From Octopus sinensis (lineage: Eukaryota), in assembly GCF_006345805.1 (NCBI RefSeq), contig NC_043002.1, forward strand, positions 45,694,001-45,758,000: DNA of 64,000 nucleotides, read 5' to 3'. Each line of letters opens with the position of its first letter. Within the stretch, counting starts at the first letter, position 1. The position numbers and the translations under genes are program-made. Below the pieces are notes generated by a model. It was given only the letters and a program-made list of their open reading frames with translations, did no database searches and was not told the DNA's origin. Below are positions 36,957 to 49,789 of the stretch, in pieces.

Positions 36957-39365
36957 CCAAGTATTTCTACATCCCATTGCTCATAGTTAACCCATAGCTG
37001 GGACCTAATAGGTGGTATTATTCTGGGTCAGAGTCAACCTGGGAAAAATAGTGTCTAAGAGGTGGTTCCACACTTCTCAAAACCATGGACCTATTGAACC
37101 ATACACACATGTATACATATATCATATACATAAATATACAAGCATACAAACACATATGCTTACACATACACACCTATAGGTATACATATTGTTTCATATC
37201 AGTATTAAAGGAAATATTTTCAAATTCTGCAGAGGCTGACTCTGGTTTTCATCTTTCGGATTCTATAAAATAAGTACCAGTTGAGTGTATCCATTACAAT
37301 TAGTTTATAATCTATGAATCTGAAGTATATTACATGTTTATGCTATGGTAGTATTCTGTTCTTGGTTGTAAATCAGCAGATGCTGCAAATGCAGGTCATA
37401 AGGGGGAACCCATGGCTACTCCATCTATTTGTACAAATTACAATATGGGCAGTGAAGAAGTATTTCATTTGTACACATCATTTTCTTTTATCTTTTATCT
37501 CTTACTTGTTTCAGTCATTAGACAACGCTCATTCTGAGGTATTGGCTCGAATAGGCTTTAGTCAAATAAATTGACCCCAATATTTATTTTTATTTTAAGC
37601 CTTGTACTTATTCTATCAGTCATTTTTTTTTGTCAAACTGCTATGTTATGGAGGACGTAAACAAACTAACACTAGTTGTCGAGCAGTGGTGGGGGACAAA
37701 CACAGACACACATATATACACAGCAGGCTTCTTTCAGTTTCTGTCTACCAAATCTACTCACAAAGCTTTGGTTAGCCCAAGGCTATAGTAGAAGGTGCCA
37801 TACAGTGGGACTGCAGTGGTTAGAAAGCAAGCTTCTTACCAAAGTGCCACACCTGTGTCTATCATGAATAGTTTTTTAATAAGTTTGTTGGTACTGCAGC
37901 TGGTTTTGGTTTTGAATGTTTATATACATTCTCCATTATGATTTCTATCATTTCTGCCAGTGAACAAATTTTCTACACTTAAGGTGGAGATGTTAACTTC
38001 TGTATTGTTTTCTTTTAAAATCTGCAAATATTCCTTATATTATATTTCTCTTGTATGTATTCTCTGATAATATTGTTTATTTGTTTGGTGATTAAATAAG
38101 CAGATGTATTTATTTGTGATATTATGGGCCTGAGAGCATTGGTTTGTTTCTACATCTTTTTCTGTGCCATATATATATATATATATTCCTTCAAAGAATG
38201 GAAAGTCGAGGTCAAGGGAGCCTATTGTGCACATATTCTTTTATTCTTTCGCTTGTTTCAGTCATTTGATTGCAGACATGCTGGAGCACCGCCTTGAAGG
38301 ATTTTAGTCAAACACATTGACCTTAGGACTTATTTTTTAAGCCTAGTACTTATTCTACCAATCTCATTCTCTGAACCACTAAGTTACAAGGACATAAACA
38401 CATCAACACCAGTTGTCAAACGGGGATGTGGGGACAAGCACAGACACAAAGACGCACACACACACACACACACATGGTAGGCTTTTTACAGTTTCCATCT
38501 ACCAAATCCACTCACAAGACTTTGGTTGCTCTGAGGCTATAGCAGAAGACACTTACCCAAGGTGCCATGCAATGGAACTAAACCCAGAACCATGTGGTTG
38601 GGAAGCAAGCTTCTTACCACATAGCCACGCCTGCACCTATGGTGAAATAAATTTAATTTTACTTGTAGTTAATTTGTGAATTTCTTGCTTTTAGTGAATA
38701 TATTTTTGTCTCTTTGTAAATTATTAATTTTTGCATTACATTTGTTTCTAACCCTGATGACAAACTTTACTTTTATCACACTTACAAACTTTTATGTGGC
38801 TTTTATCTTTTAAATTGTGTAATGCCTTTTTAAGTTATTTTTTATTTATTATCTGTTTATAATTTTTTTTCATTCTATCTTTATTATTTTATGGATTTAA
38901 TAACTTCATTGTTCCAAAAATATGTGAAAGAAACTTATATGAAACATGAAAAGCCAGTAATAAAAAAGAAAAACAGTGGGACATAGTTGTGTCTTTAATA
39001 TAACACACAAGCAGTTCCTCACACACACACACACACACACTCACGCATGCATGCATACATACATACATACATACATATACACATATACGTGTGTATATGA
39101 ATACATAGAGGGTGTTTGGGTTAAATTTAACAGTTTACATAAAAGGAAAACTAATACAATATATTTTATTCAATAGTAAAAGTATTTTAAAAACTAAAAA
39201 ATTATCAACTAGATTATGGCTGGGAGATAACAATTTACTCAAAGTAGCTGCTTTCAGCTTCCACTATAGCTTCAAGAAGGCTCCAGAACCTGGCACAAGC
39301 ATTCCTCATTATGTCCTTGGGAAAATTTTTGAATACCAGCAAATAACACTGTATACGAGGATAAA

Positions 39366-39990
39366 GTGATGGAAAATAAGGGTAATAAAAACTTATCCAT
39401 AGCAAAAACGGACCCAAACAACATCAAACAATTAAAGGTGCAATCCATGCATAAGGAAAATGAGTGCATAATTACAGGAGGAAAAAGAAAGAGGACCACT
39501 AATAGTAACTTCATAGAAAGAAAGAAAAAAATAATATCATGTGTAACTGCAGACATAAAGGGGAATGCAATTTTAACAAGAAATGCATGATAAAGAATGT
39601 AGTGTACAAATGAGTGATGAAGACAGATACGCAGAAATATGTGTACATTAGTGGCACCAGAGACACCATGAAAAACCATCCAAGAAACCATCTCTCGTCG
39701 TTTTCGAATATAAATAAAAGTCACTTCCCATCTCTGTTGAACTTCATCTGGAGACTAAAACAGAATCGAATGAAACATATGACCAACTGGTCCACTATAA
39801 AAAATACTGCACCATATGATGGAACTTCAGAAGTATGCAACCTATGCCTAAAAGAAACCCTGGAAATAATCACATCCATGGAAAACGTGATAAATGGGCA
39901 CTCTGAGAATATCATTTCATGTAAACATAGGAGCAAAAACATCATTCATGGAGTTTGAAAAGTAAAATATTTTGAAAGGAAATAACACAT
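39366..39990 (+). mobile_element. Penelope-like element, GIY-YIG endonuclease remnant
   Basis: CNCRHKGECNFNKKCMIKNVVYK, NHLSSF..IWRLK, WSTIKNTAPY..CNLCLKE, CKHRSK: the CxC..C / CNLC..E / CRH signature of PLE endonucleases. Confidence 0.85.
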
Positions 39991-40508
39991 TATAGAAAAG
40001 TGAAGGAACTCGAAGAAATATATAAACCAACCAATATTTTAAATGCTTATACATTATACCAACAAACACAATAAAGAGGTCGCCATAAGAAAGGAGCATT
40101 TATCAATTCAGACAACAACCCCCACTGTATAGCAGCAGTACTTGACCCCTGTTGAGTTCAGAATTATTGAAGATAGTCATGCCTTAAATGAAATCAAACA
40201 AAAAAAATGTACTACTCATCCTTAAAAATCTGCTGAATGAATAGCAAAATAAATAACAAGATAAATCCAACACCACCACACACACCTCCATCCCTATGCT
40301 ACTACCACTCCTTCCTCTATTCCCATCACCTTCTACTCCGCCTCACCAAATACACACAGAAATGCCCACACAACTCACTTGACCTTCATACTGGTAAAAA
40401 GAAAAAAACACCCCTTTGTGTTTCATCCACTAATGCCATATCAACAACAACAATAACAACAACGAAAAATACCTTAGGAATGAGAACCCAGGTTCGAAAT
40501 TTCTTCAA

Positions 40509-40554
40509 GATACCTGATGAAGGCTGGAGTGAATATCAGCTGAAATGTTGTGTT
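40509..40554 (+). ncRNA. Minimal type I hammerhead-like motif, same family, intact CTGATGA core
   Basis: GATAC-CTGATGA-A-GGCTG[gagtgaatat]CAGCT-GAAAT-GTT-GTGTT inside repeat copy 40442-40612. Confidence 0.65.
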
Positions 40555-40908
40555 AGCAACAAACAAGATGAAGACAAATATCCATCAAATGTAAATAAAT
40601 GTAAATAATGTACTTATTTATTCTACAGTAGACCCAGCTTAAATTCACAAAGACATTCTCCTATCCAGCTTCAATAATACCAAATCCCCCCCCCCACCTC
40701 ACTCTTCCCTTTCTCTTTTTCTTTATTCACATTCTTATTCTTTTCCTTAACAAATTTAGACATTTACCCACTCCCATATATTATTTCTCCACAAATATAT
40801 TTTCCCTTTTATTCACTCACTGAGCTTTCCATACATTTTGGATCAAATGTCCTGCAAGTTAACATGGGATCCCTTGACAATGTAACCTTCATTTGATTAA
40901 GGTATCTT

Positions 40909-40992
40909 CGGCCTGATGAGTAGCTAGTGAATTACCACTTGTTTGGGTAACTATTACTTCTGAGGTTCTGCTAGCTGTGAAACATATATAGC
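40909..40992 (+). ncRNA. Hammerhead-like motif with long stem II loop
   Basis: CTGATGA-GTAGCTAG[~43 nt]CTAGCTGT-GAAAC-ATATATA-GC; 8-bp stem II, weak stems I and III. Confidence 0.55.
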
Positions 40993-41071
40993 ATGGATTT
41001 TATCTAATCCATTCCCTAATTTTGGATACATAATAATAATTCTCCCTATATATATATATATATATATAATG

Positions 41072-41538
41072 AATAAATAAAATATATGCATATATGTACA
41101 TACTTACATCTACATGTATATATACATGCATACATATATATATATATATGAGTACAGGACACCACAAATAAATGTAGAACACAACGAGAGATGAGAACAT
41201 AAAATCAAACAAGGAAACAGACTTTTTTTAAACAACGAAAAAACAGAGTACAGGACAAACAATACAAGGAAAATTCCCCTTCATCAGCTGTCCCTGGTTC
41301 GACTCAAAGTGTGTTTCGAAACACAAGGAATTTTCCTTGTATTGTTTGTCCTGTACTCTGTTTTTTCGTTGTTTAAAAAAAGTCCGTTTCCTTGTTTGAT
41401 TTTATGTTCTCGTCTCTCGTTGTGTTCTACGTTTATTTGTGGTGTCCTGTACTCATATATATATATGTATGCATGTATATACATGTAGATGTAAGTATGT
41501 ACATATATGTATGTATATATGCTTATATTTTATTTATT
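41072..41538. repeat. Long palindrome, ~200-bp arms, 49-nt loop
   Basis: GAGTACAGGACACC..GGAAAATTCC (to 41277) mirrored from 41327 GGAATTTTCC..GGTGTCCTGTACTC. Confidence 0.95.
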
Positions 41539-41593
41539 TATTATATTAGTATATGACCGAACGCACGCGTTATTTCTCTATTTCTCTTCTCCA

Positions 41594-41630
<37 letters not shown>

Positions 41631-41636
<6 letters not shown>

Positions 41637-42028
41637 CAAAATAAGAAAATGGAGAAATACACCTTAATCAATAATCAACTACCAGATAATACCCATTCAC
41701 ATAATTTATTAACCAACTACATATGAACATCAAAGTCAAACATAATAGTACAGAACAAAGCAGTGCACATCAATGAGTAATATGATACAATAAGTACAAT
41801 ATGTATAAATAAATATGAATAAATATAAATATAAATATTTATTTATATTTATTTATACATATTGTACTTATTATATCATTACTCATTGATGTGCACTGCT
41901 TTGTTCTGTACTATTATGTTTGACCTTGATGTTCATATGTAGTTGGTAAATAAATTATATGAATGGGTATTATCTGGTAGTTGATTATTGATTAAAGTGT
42001 ATTTCTCCATTTTCTTATTTTGTATTAT
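41631..42028. repeat. Long palindrome, ~190-bp arms, AT-rich centre
   Basis: ATAATACAAAATAAGAAAATGG.. mirrored by ..CCATTTTCTTATTTTGTATTAT. Confidence 0.95.
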
Positions 42029-42196
42029 GAATTTGTGGTAAAACATTTTACCTTCGCCCATATAATACAATAAATGAATTAATTGCATCGCAATTCTTAA
42101 CATTTATGTATTAACTTTGTTGGGTGCTTTACTGGCAGTATATTGGATATATGTTATCCCATGGTGGGTTGCACTCACAACCCCTATCTCAATTTG

Positions 42197-42236
<40 letters not shown>

Positions 42237-42361
42237 TATACATATATGTATATGTTGTATGGACGCCCCCAGACGATGAAGTAGGCTAGCCTAATATGTA
42301 GATATAGAGGGAGAAGTCTAGACGTCGGAAGTTGAGTAGAGGTCATCGGAACGTGCGATAT

Positions 42362-42421
<60 letters not shown>

Positions 42422-44356
42422 GGAATTCACAAAAAAAAAGACAAAAGACAAAATAGGTGGTGTGGACAACAAACAGTTTTTCTCCAAGATATATTTCAAA
42501 ACATGTTTAGAAGAGTTGACTTATGTATTGAAAATGAAGGACAACACTTTCAATACCTCTTATAAATTTTTTTAAAGTCTTGTAAAGTCTAATACATTCC
42601 TTTGTAGTCTTATACCATCTTATAAATTGTGGAGTGAACACCTTGTATAGAGGAAGAAAAAAAGAAAGAAAGAAAGAACACAAATGGGTTGAATTTCACT
42701 ATAACTGTTTTACATATGTTTTTATTGATGAAAACGCTGATTACGTCATGAAAACACAATTTTTTTCAGGTGAATTAAAACTTAAAAATTAAAAATTTGG
42801 CACAGGTGTGTCTATGTGATAAGAAGCTTGCTTCTCAACCAAATGGCTCTGGGTTCAGTCCCACTGAGTGGACCTTGGGCAAGTGTCTTCTACTATAGCC
42901 TCATGCCGACCAAAGCCTTGTGAGTAGATTTAGTAGATGGAAACTGAAAGAAGCCTGTTGTATGTGTGTGTGTGAGTGTGTGTGTGTTTGTGTGTCTGTG
43001 TTTGTTCCCCCACCATCACTTGACAACTGATGTTGGTGTGTTTAAGAAACCAATAGAATAAGTACTAGGCTTACAAAGAATAAGTCCTGGGGTCAGTTTG
43101 TTCGACTGAATGCAGTGCTCCAGCATGGCTTGTCAAATGACTGAAACAAGTAAAAGAGTAAAAGAATAAAGAGTTCAGAGAAAATATCAATATATGAATT
43201 TTGTGACGACCCTCTCATTTTGGCAATGAGAGAATGTGTACTGAAACTTAGCCATATATAATATAAGCGGCGAGCTGGCAGAAACATTAGCACGCTGGGC
43301 GAAATGCGTAGCCGTATTTCGTCTGCCGTTACGTTCTGAGTTCTATTTCCGCCGAGGTCAACTTTGCCTTTCATCCTTTTGGGGTCGATAAATTAAGTAC
43401 CAGTTATGCACTGGGGTCAATGTAATCAACTTAATCCGTTTGTCTGTCCTTGTTTGTCCCCTCTGTGTTTAGCCCCTTGTGGGTAGTAAAGAAGTGTCGG
43501 TGGCACATAAGAAAACACCATCCGAGCGTGGCCGTCTGCCAGCCTCGTCTGGCACCTGTGTCGGTGGCACATAAAAACACCATCCGAGCGTTGCCATCTG
43601 CCAGCCTCGTCTGGCACCTGTGTCGGTGGCACATAAAATCACCCACTACACTCTCGGAGTGGTTGGCGTTAGGAAGGGCATCCAGCTGTAGAAACACTGC
43701 CAGATCTGACTGGCCTAGTGCAGCCTTCGAGATTGCCAGACCCCAGTTGAACCGTCCAACCCATGCTAGCATGGAAAGCGGATGTTAAACAATGATGATG
43801 ATGATGATGATGTAGTAATGTTATAAACCTATCAACAAAGAAGGCAACATTGAATTATTTCTGTTAACTTGATGGTGATGATAAAGCTTGTGAGGACAAC
43901 AGAGGGAACAAAAATAACAAGATATAAAGCTATTGAGGAAGATAGGGAGAAAGAAGGATAGGGATGAACAGGGAAATTATAGTGTGGAGGAGCAGAATGT
44001 CAAGTAGATAAGACGTAGTTACTGGCAAACATTAGAACAGGATCATTTCCGATAACAAATACTAACATTAACAAATACAAGTACTCAAACACACATGTCA
44101 TCATGCAGATAAATAAATACATACTTACATATACATACATGCATGCATACATACATACATACATACATACGTACATACGTACGTACATACATACATACGT
44201 ACATACATATATATATATATATATACACATATATATATACATATATATATACATATATATACATATATATATATATTCTCACACACATATCTACACATAT
44301 GTATATGAGTATGTTTATATACATAAATATATATATATATATGTTTATATACATAA

Positions 44357-44389
<33 letters not shown>

Positions 44390-44411
44390 TCTACACACAT
44401 GTATATATGTA

Positions 44412-44477
<66 letters not shown>

Positions 44478-44959
44478 AATACATATACATACATATATAT
44501 TAAGCGAAACGCGGAAAGCTGGCAGAAACATTAGCATGCTGGGCAAAATGCTTAGCGATATTTCGTCTGCCACTACGTTCTGAGTTCAAATTCTGCCGTG
44601 GTTGACTTTGCCTTTCATCCTTTAGGAGTCGATTAAACAAGTACCAGTTATGCACTGGGGTCGATATAATCGACTTAATCCGTTTGTCTGTCCTTGTTTG
44701 TCCCCTCTGTGTGTAGCCCTTTGTGGGCAGTAAAAAATATAAAATAAGAAACATTAGCATGCCAGGCAAAATGCTAAGTGGTATTTCGTCTGTCTTTATG
44801 TCCTGAGTTCAAATTCTGTCCAGGTTGACTTTGTCTTTCACCCTTTTGCTGTCAATAAATTAAGTACCAGTTGCATACTGTGGTCGATCTAATCGACTAG
44901 CCCACCCCCACCTCTCCCAAAATTTCGGGCCTCATACCTAGAGTAGAAAAGTATATATA

Positions 44960-45720
44960 TTAATCGAGGTTTACGGTATTATGTATCCATTTTGTCTCTC
45001 CTGGATGTTAAAAGAGGACTTCTGGTTGTTATAGCAGGTGCTGAAGGGGCCTTCAGTTGCTCCTATGTACTTTCACACATTTGGTCCTATTGCTGTTACC
45101 TCTGCCTCATATATGATGGTCTCTGTAGTACAGTGGCCATTCAATGGACATGTTGTGTTACACCTACATGAGCATTCTGCCTGTTCAGGTGTGTGCCTAC
45201 TTACTAAAATCTTTTTTTACATTGGGTACTCAGCTAAAGGAAATTCTTAGGGTGTGCCTATCAAATATTTTGCTGAATCTGTTTGTACAAAGGAAGTGCG
45301 TGTCTACTAAGCTAAGGAAAATCTTACCTACTCAAGTTTTAATACATAAAGAGAAGGGTGGTGCGATCTAAGTCTATAGATGTCTGCTCTAAGTTTACGT
45401 TGGAAAGTGTTTGAGGACTTACAGAATCTCAGGCAGTCCAAGAAGTCATTCTCAAAGGCTTCCAGTTACTTGATCTTAGGTAGGAACTTCCTGGATTTCA
45501 GCCCAAAGCATTCAATTTCCGTAGATGGTTTGGGTTGGTCAAAGTTAAAGTCCATCTCATTCACCTGACGAAGCCAATCATCTCCAGCAGCAGCCTTGTA
45601 TAGAACTCATTTGATAGAGCTGGGATATTCTTTGTTGAATATCCTAGGTCATACAGATGTATAAAATGTATAATCCCCATGGTGAGTTTTTGATGACTAT
45701 GTAGAGTACACCACCAGGAA
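44960..45720 (-). mobile_element. Penelope-like element remnant lacking a recognisable RT (N-terminal region joined to GIY-YIG)
   Basis: Minus strand CFGLKS..FENDFLDCLRF.KSSNTFQRKLRADI, then CRCNTTCPLNGHCTTETIIYEAEV..KYIGATEGPF. Confidence 0.8.
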
Positions 45721-45859
45721 ACACAACTATATGGCACAAGACATGGATGAACTATTACAACATACTCTACAGGGTGTGGGAGTGTCTGTGTGTGCATGTA
45801 ATCCATCTAAGAGTCCATAAGTCAGGAAAAATTGCACTTGTATATCCCACAGTAGAATT

Positions 45860-47053
45860 AATAATAATAATGATAATAATAATTGTGTACAGTGCTCAGG
45901 TGCACTACAACTCATCTAAAGTGTATATATAATCAGGTGTAGTTTCAGCGGATTTCGGAAAGCATGAGGGCCTTAAAGGATGCAGTGTCATGGCAGTCAA
46001 CAACTGACGCAGGCAGTTTATTCCATGCTTCAGCAACTCTGAGCGTGAAAAAATGTTTCCGAAAGTCATGGGAGCTGTGTTGTTTTCTGACTTTGTAGGC
46101 ATGTCCACATGTGTTAGACACATGGAGATCAAAAAGGTGTTCAGTGTTGTTGTTAGTGAGGTGGTTGATAACTTTGTGGGTGTATACCAAGTCCGTCGCC
46201 AGACGCCGGAGCTTCAGTGAATCCATGCCCAGGGAAACAAGGCGCTCAGAATATGGTCGGTGTCTGATGGAGGGTATGCGTTTGGTTGCACGTCTCTGGA
46301 CAGATTCCAGGAGGTCAATGTTCTGAGCAAGATAGGGGTTCCAAACTGATGATGCGAATTCCAAGTGTGGTCGTACCATAGCTGTATACAGTTTTAAATA
46401 GATGGCTGGAGAGCGGCTAACAAAAGTCTTGCTGAGTGATGCCAAGACACCCTCGGCCTTCTTGACAATTTTAGAGATATGCTTTGTCCAATGCAAATCA
46501 CTGCTGACAGTGATGCCTAGGTCACGCTCGCAGGAGGATTTCTTGATATCAGTGTTGTGGAGGGAGTATGTGGACGCAGGGTTTTTTCTCCCAAAATGCA
46601 TCGTGGTACACTTGTCCACAGCCAGTTTCAGTTGCCAGTCTGTGATCCATTGCTGCATTGTGTCTAGGTCTGATTGCAGGAAAGAGTTGTAGACATCAGG
46701 ATCTATCCACTTGATTTCAAGGTACAGCTTGATGTCGTCTGCATATTTCAATACTGTGGCATTCTTTAAATTGGCATCTATGTCATTAATGTATGCCACA
46801 AACAAGAGGGGACCAAGGACAGATCCCTGTGGTACACCCGATGACATCTCATATGGTGTAGAATGCTGTCCTAGAACTGTGACTACCTCCTTTCGGCTGA
46901 GAATGAAGGATTTCAACCAGTTAAAAAGGTCATCCCTCACACCCATTGCAGAGAGTTTCACCATAAGCCTTTTGTGTGGCACAGAGTTGAAAGCCTTAGC
47001 AAAGTCAAGGTAGACAACGTCCACCCATGAGCCACTGTCAGTGATCTGAGTAT
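45860..47053 (-). mobile_element. 5'-truncated CR1-clade LINE with an uninterrupted RT/C-terminal ORF (45945-47024)
   Basis: LDFAKAFNSVPH, SGVPQGSVLGPLLF, YADD, DLGI, YTAMVRPHLEF, LESVQRRATK; 3' stem-loop GTGC-ACCTGA-GCAC and (ATT)n tail. Confidence 0.96.
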
Positions 47054-47065
47054 ATTAATTGATTA

Positions 47066-47270
47066 GTATATTAATTGAAGTGTACAGTATTAAATATCCA
47101 TTACGACCAATCTTATGTGAGTACAGCATAAAATGGAGGATTCTAGAGAAATGCAAAGTGTACTTTAATAGCAGGAGGAAGTGCAGGTTATGCCTGGCTG
47201 AGAAAATCCAAAAGGATTTTTCAACTCAATATTTAGATGCTGTTTTTTATAGCTTGAAGTGTGCTTCATG
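47066..47270 (+). mobile_element. PLE endonuclease C-terminal fragment
   Basis: IKWRILEKCKVYFNSRRKCRLCLAEK. Confidence 0.75.
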
Positions 47271-47360
47271 ACCAATAATACAAAAAGGGATTATGATAAT
47301 TTCAACAATTTATGTATGTGTGTGTGTGTGTGTGTGTGTGCATGTGCGTGTGTGTGTGTC

Positions 47361-48180
47361 ATATATATTTGCCCGGTGAAGGCCGGTTTATGGGGTTACC
47401 CTAGATTTCCCGTCCATAAAGGGCATTACTAACACAACAACCACCTCCAGTGGCACCAACACCAGCAGCCCTGGCTCCAACACCAACAGCAACATCAACA
47501 GCATCAACAGCAGCAACGACAGCAACAACATCAACAGCAGCAGCAAGAAGAGCAGCAGTGGCAACAACAACAATAATAAGTACACCACCAACATTGTGCA
47601 TCCACGGAAATATATTGGTTATACTGGAAATTCATTCAAGAAACGTATTCCAAGCATGGATTCTCCTTCAGAGTTCTGCAAAGGAGATATGTTTTATCAC
47701 TGGCCAGCCATATTGCAACTAAAAGACAACAGAGTTCCAATTCGATCTCATGGAAAATCTTTGAAAACTCAGGCCCCAACATTAACAGGTCAAAATACTG
47801 CGAGCTAGGCATAGCCAAATGCACGAGAATCCTAAGGGACTCACTTGAGTCTATACTTAACTTCGGAACAGAGATTTTCAGGCCATATCTGCATTTTAGG
47901 AAATTTCTGCTGGCCTTTTGGGAACCACCAGAAGTATGATGACTAACGGGAGAGGGATATAATCCCCTATTGTTTACCCTTACAGCTGATCGATGGCAGC
48001 ATGGCTGGAAGTCGATAGCCATTAGTAAAGTGAGATAATCCAGACTTTTCCCCTCCATATTTTAAATGGGTAATAGGCCAACAGGTCTTGGGGTCTGAAG
48101 ATATGCCATAAAGTTATACCCTTTATGGATGGGAAACCCAGGGTAACCCCATAAACCAGCCTTCACCAGGAAAAAATATA
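47361..48180. mobile_element. PLE-derived element bounded by ~60-bp inverted repeats
   Basis: 47361-47423 is inverted at 48119-48180; internal KYIGYTGNSFKKR (GIY-YIG-like) at ~47608-47646. Confidence 0.65.
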
Positions 48181-49789
48181 GACTACTCTGTTTCTTAGAG
48201 TGTGCTTCTTCTCTGGAGTTATGTTTTTCTAAAAACGATACACACACACACACACACACACTTGTATACATATATTATATATATATATATATATACATAT
48301 ATATATGCATATATTATACACACACACACACACACACACAGATTGGAGTCTGCTTCGCCAGACCTCAGTCAAATCGTCCAACCCATGCTAGCATGGAAAG
48401 CGGACGTTAAATGACGATGATGATGATGATGATGATGACACACATATGCAAGCACATACACTTAAGGAATCATACACACACATATCCATATATCCATGCG
48501 TATATATGTGTGCATACACGTGTGTATGTGTATGGGTGTGCGTGTATATATGTGTATGTGTGTTTGAGCATACTTGTATTCAGCACTCTGGGCATGTTAG
48601 GAGTGGCACGAACACTTTCATTCCAGTATCCCTGGCAACCTTAACAACATTTACCGGAAAATTAGTGAACCAGAATATCATACTAAAATATATGAAAGCA
48701 TTTTCTCAGAAAAATTTAGGCTGGGTTATCTAATGGCAGAATATTAGTCAAGGAAGAAGGGTTGAAACGTTCTTCTCTAGGTTCAATTTGTTTGCATAAT
48801 AGAAATAGAAACAATAGTGTTTTTATTAAGTTTCATGTAAGATTGTCTACATATACACTTGTTGTTAAGTACTTTGGTCGACAAAAATAGCAATGGTGAA
48901 AACAAAAAGAGGATAGTGAGTAAGAGAGATTAAAATAATTATCTTGGGTGTACATCTACATTATATTTGACAGAACAATTAGAAAACACTAGGACACATA
49001 TAGGAATGTATGTGTGTGTGTGTATGTGTGTATGTGTGTGTGTATGTGTGCACGTGTGCATATGTGTTAGTGTTTATATACTTATATCTATATATATATA
49101 GCTATAACTATATCTATCTATACCCAGAACTATGAAGTAGTTATTCCTAGAGAGCTCTACTGCAAGCAAAATGCACATTGAGTATGTGTGATTGATAATA
49201 TATATATATACACACATAAAAATAACGTGTACATTAGAACACATTAAGAGGCTTCCAAATAGGAAAGCCTTGTGCTAGAAAGAGCAGTAGAAAACTCAAA
49301 CCACTAATTATGGATAAATTCTTGAAAGGATTGAAAATTAAAAACGTTTACCATCTAATTTAGTTCCTAGATCATGGTTTCTAACTCATTCCAGTAAAAA
49401 AATATTTACTGAGGGTAGTTTTCGTCAGTAGGGAGCCTTTAGATTTCAAAATTCACACAACTAGATTTGCATGTAAACTAGCTGCCTGTATACCCTAATT
49501 TTTCAAAACAACTGTGTCCATGCAGTTTATTTCTGGTGACAGAGAGGATGCTGGTAAAATTTCGAACAAATCTATCAAAAAATATTGAAACATAATTTGC
49601 CTGATGATGAAAACATTAAATGTCAAGAGTACTTGATAGAAGGATACAATTGACACTTCACTTCCTGAATTTCTACAAATTTTCATCCTTTTCATATCAA
49701 CATTCGAAGTCTTCCGGAAAATCATGACAAATTTAGCATCCTTCTTAATTTAGTTGAGACTAAGTTTGCAATTATACGTGTCACTGAGA

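Noticed and set aside
37370-37470. Protein-like + frame ADAANAGHKGEPMATPSICTNYNMGSEE after a cag
   Set aside because: Poor polypyrimidine tract, no convincing donor, and no link to either gene.
47450-47722. Ala/Thr-rich ORF resembling a mucin or antifreeze peptide
   Set aside because: It derives from a CAG/CAA low-complexity tract inside a PLE remnant.
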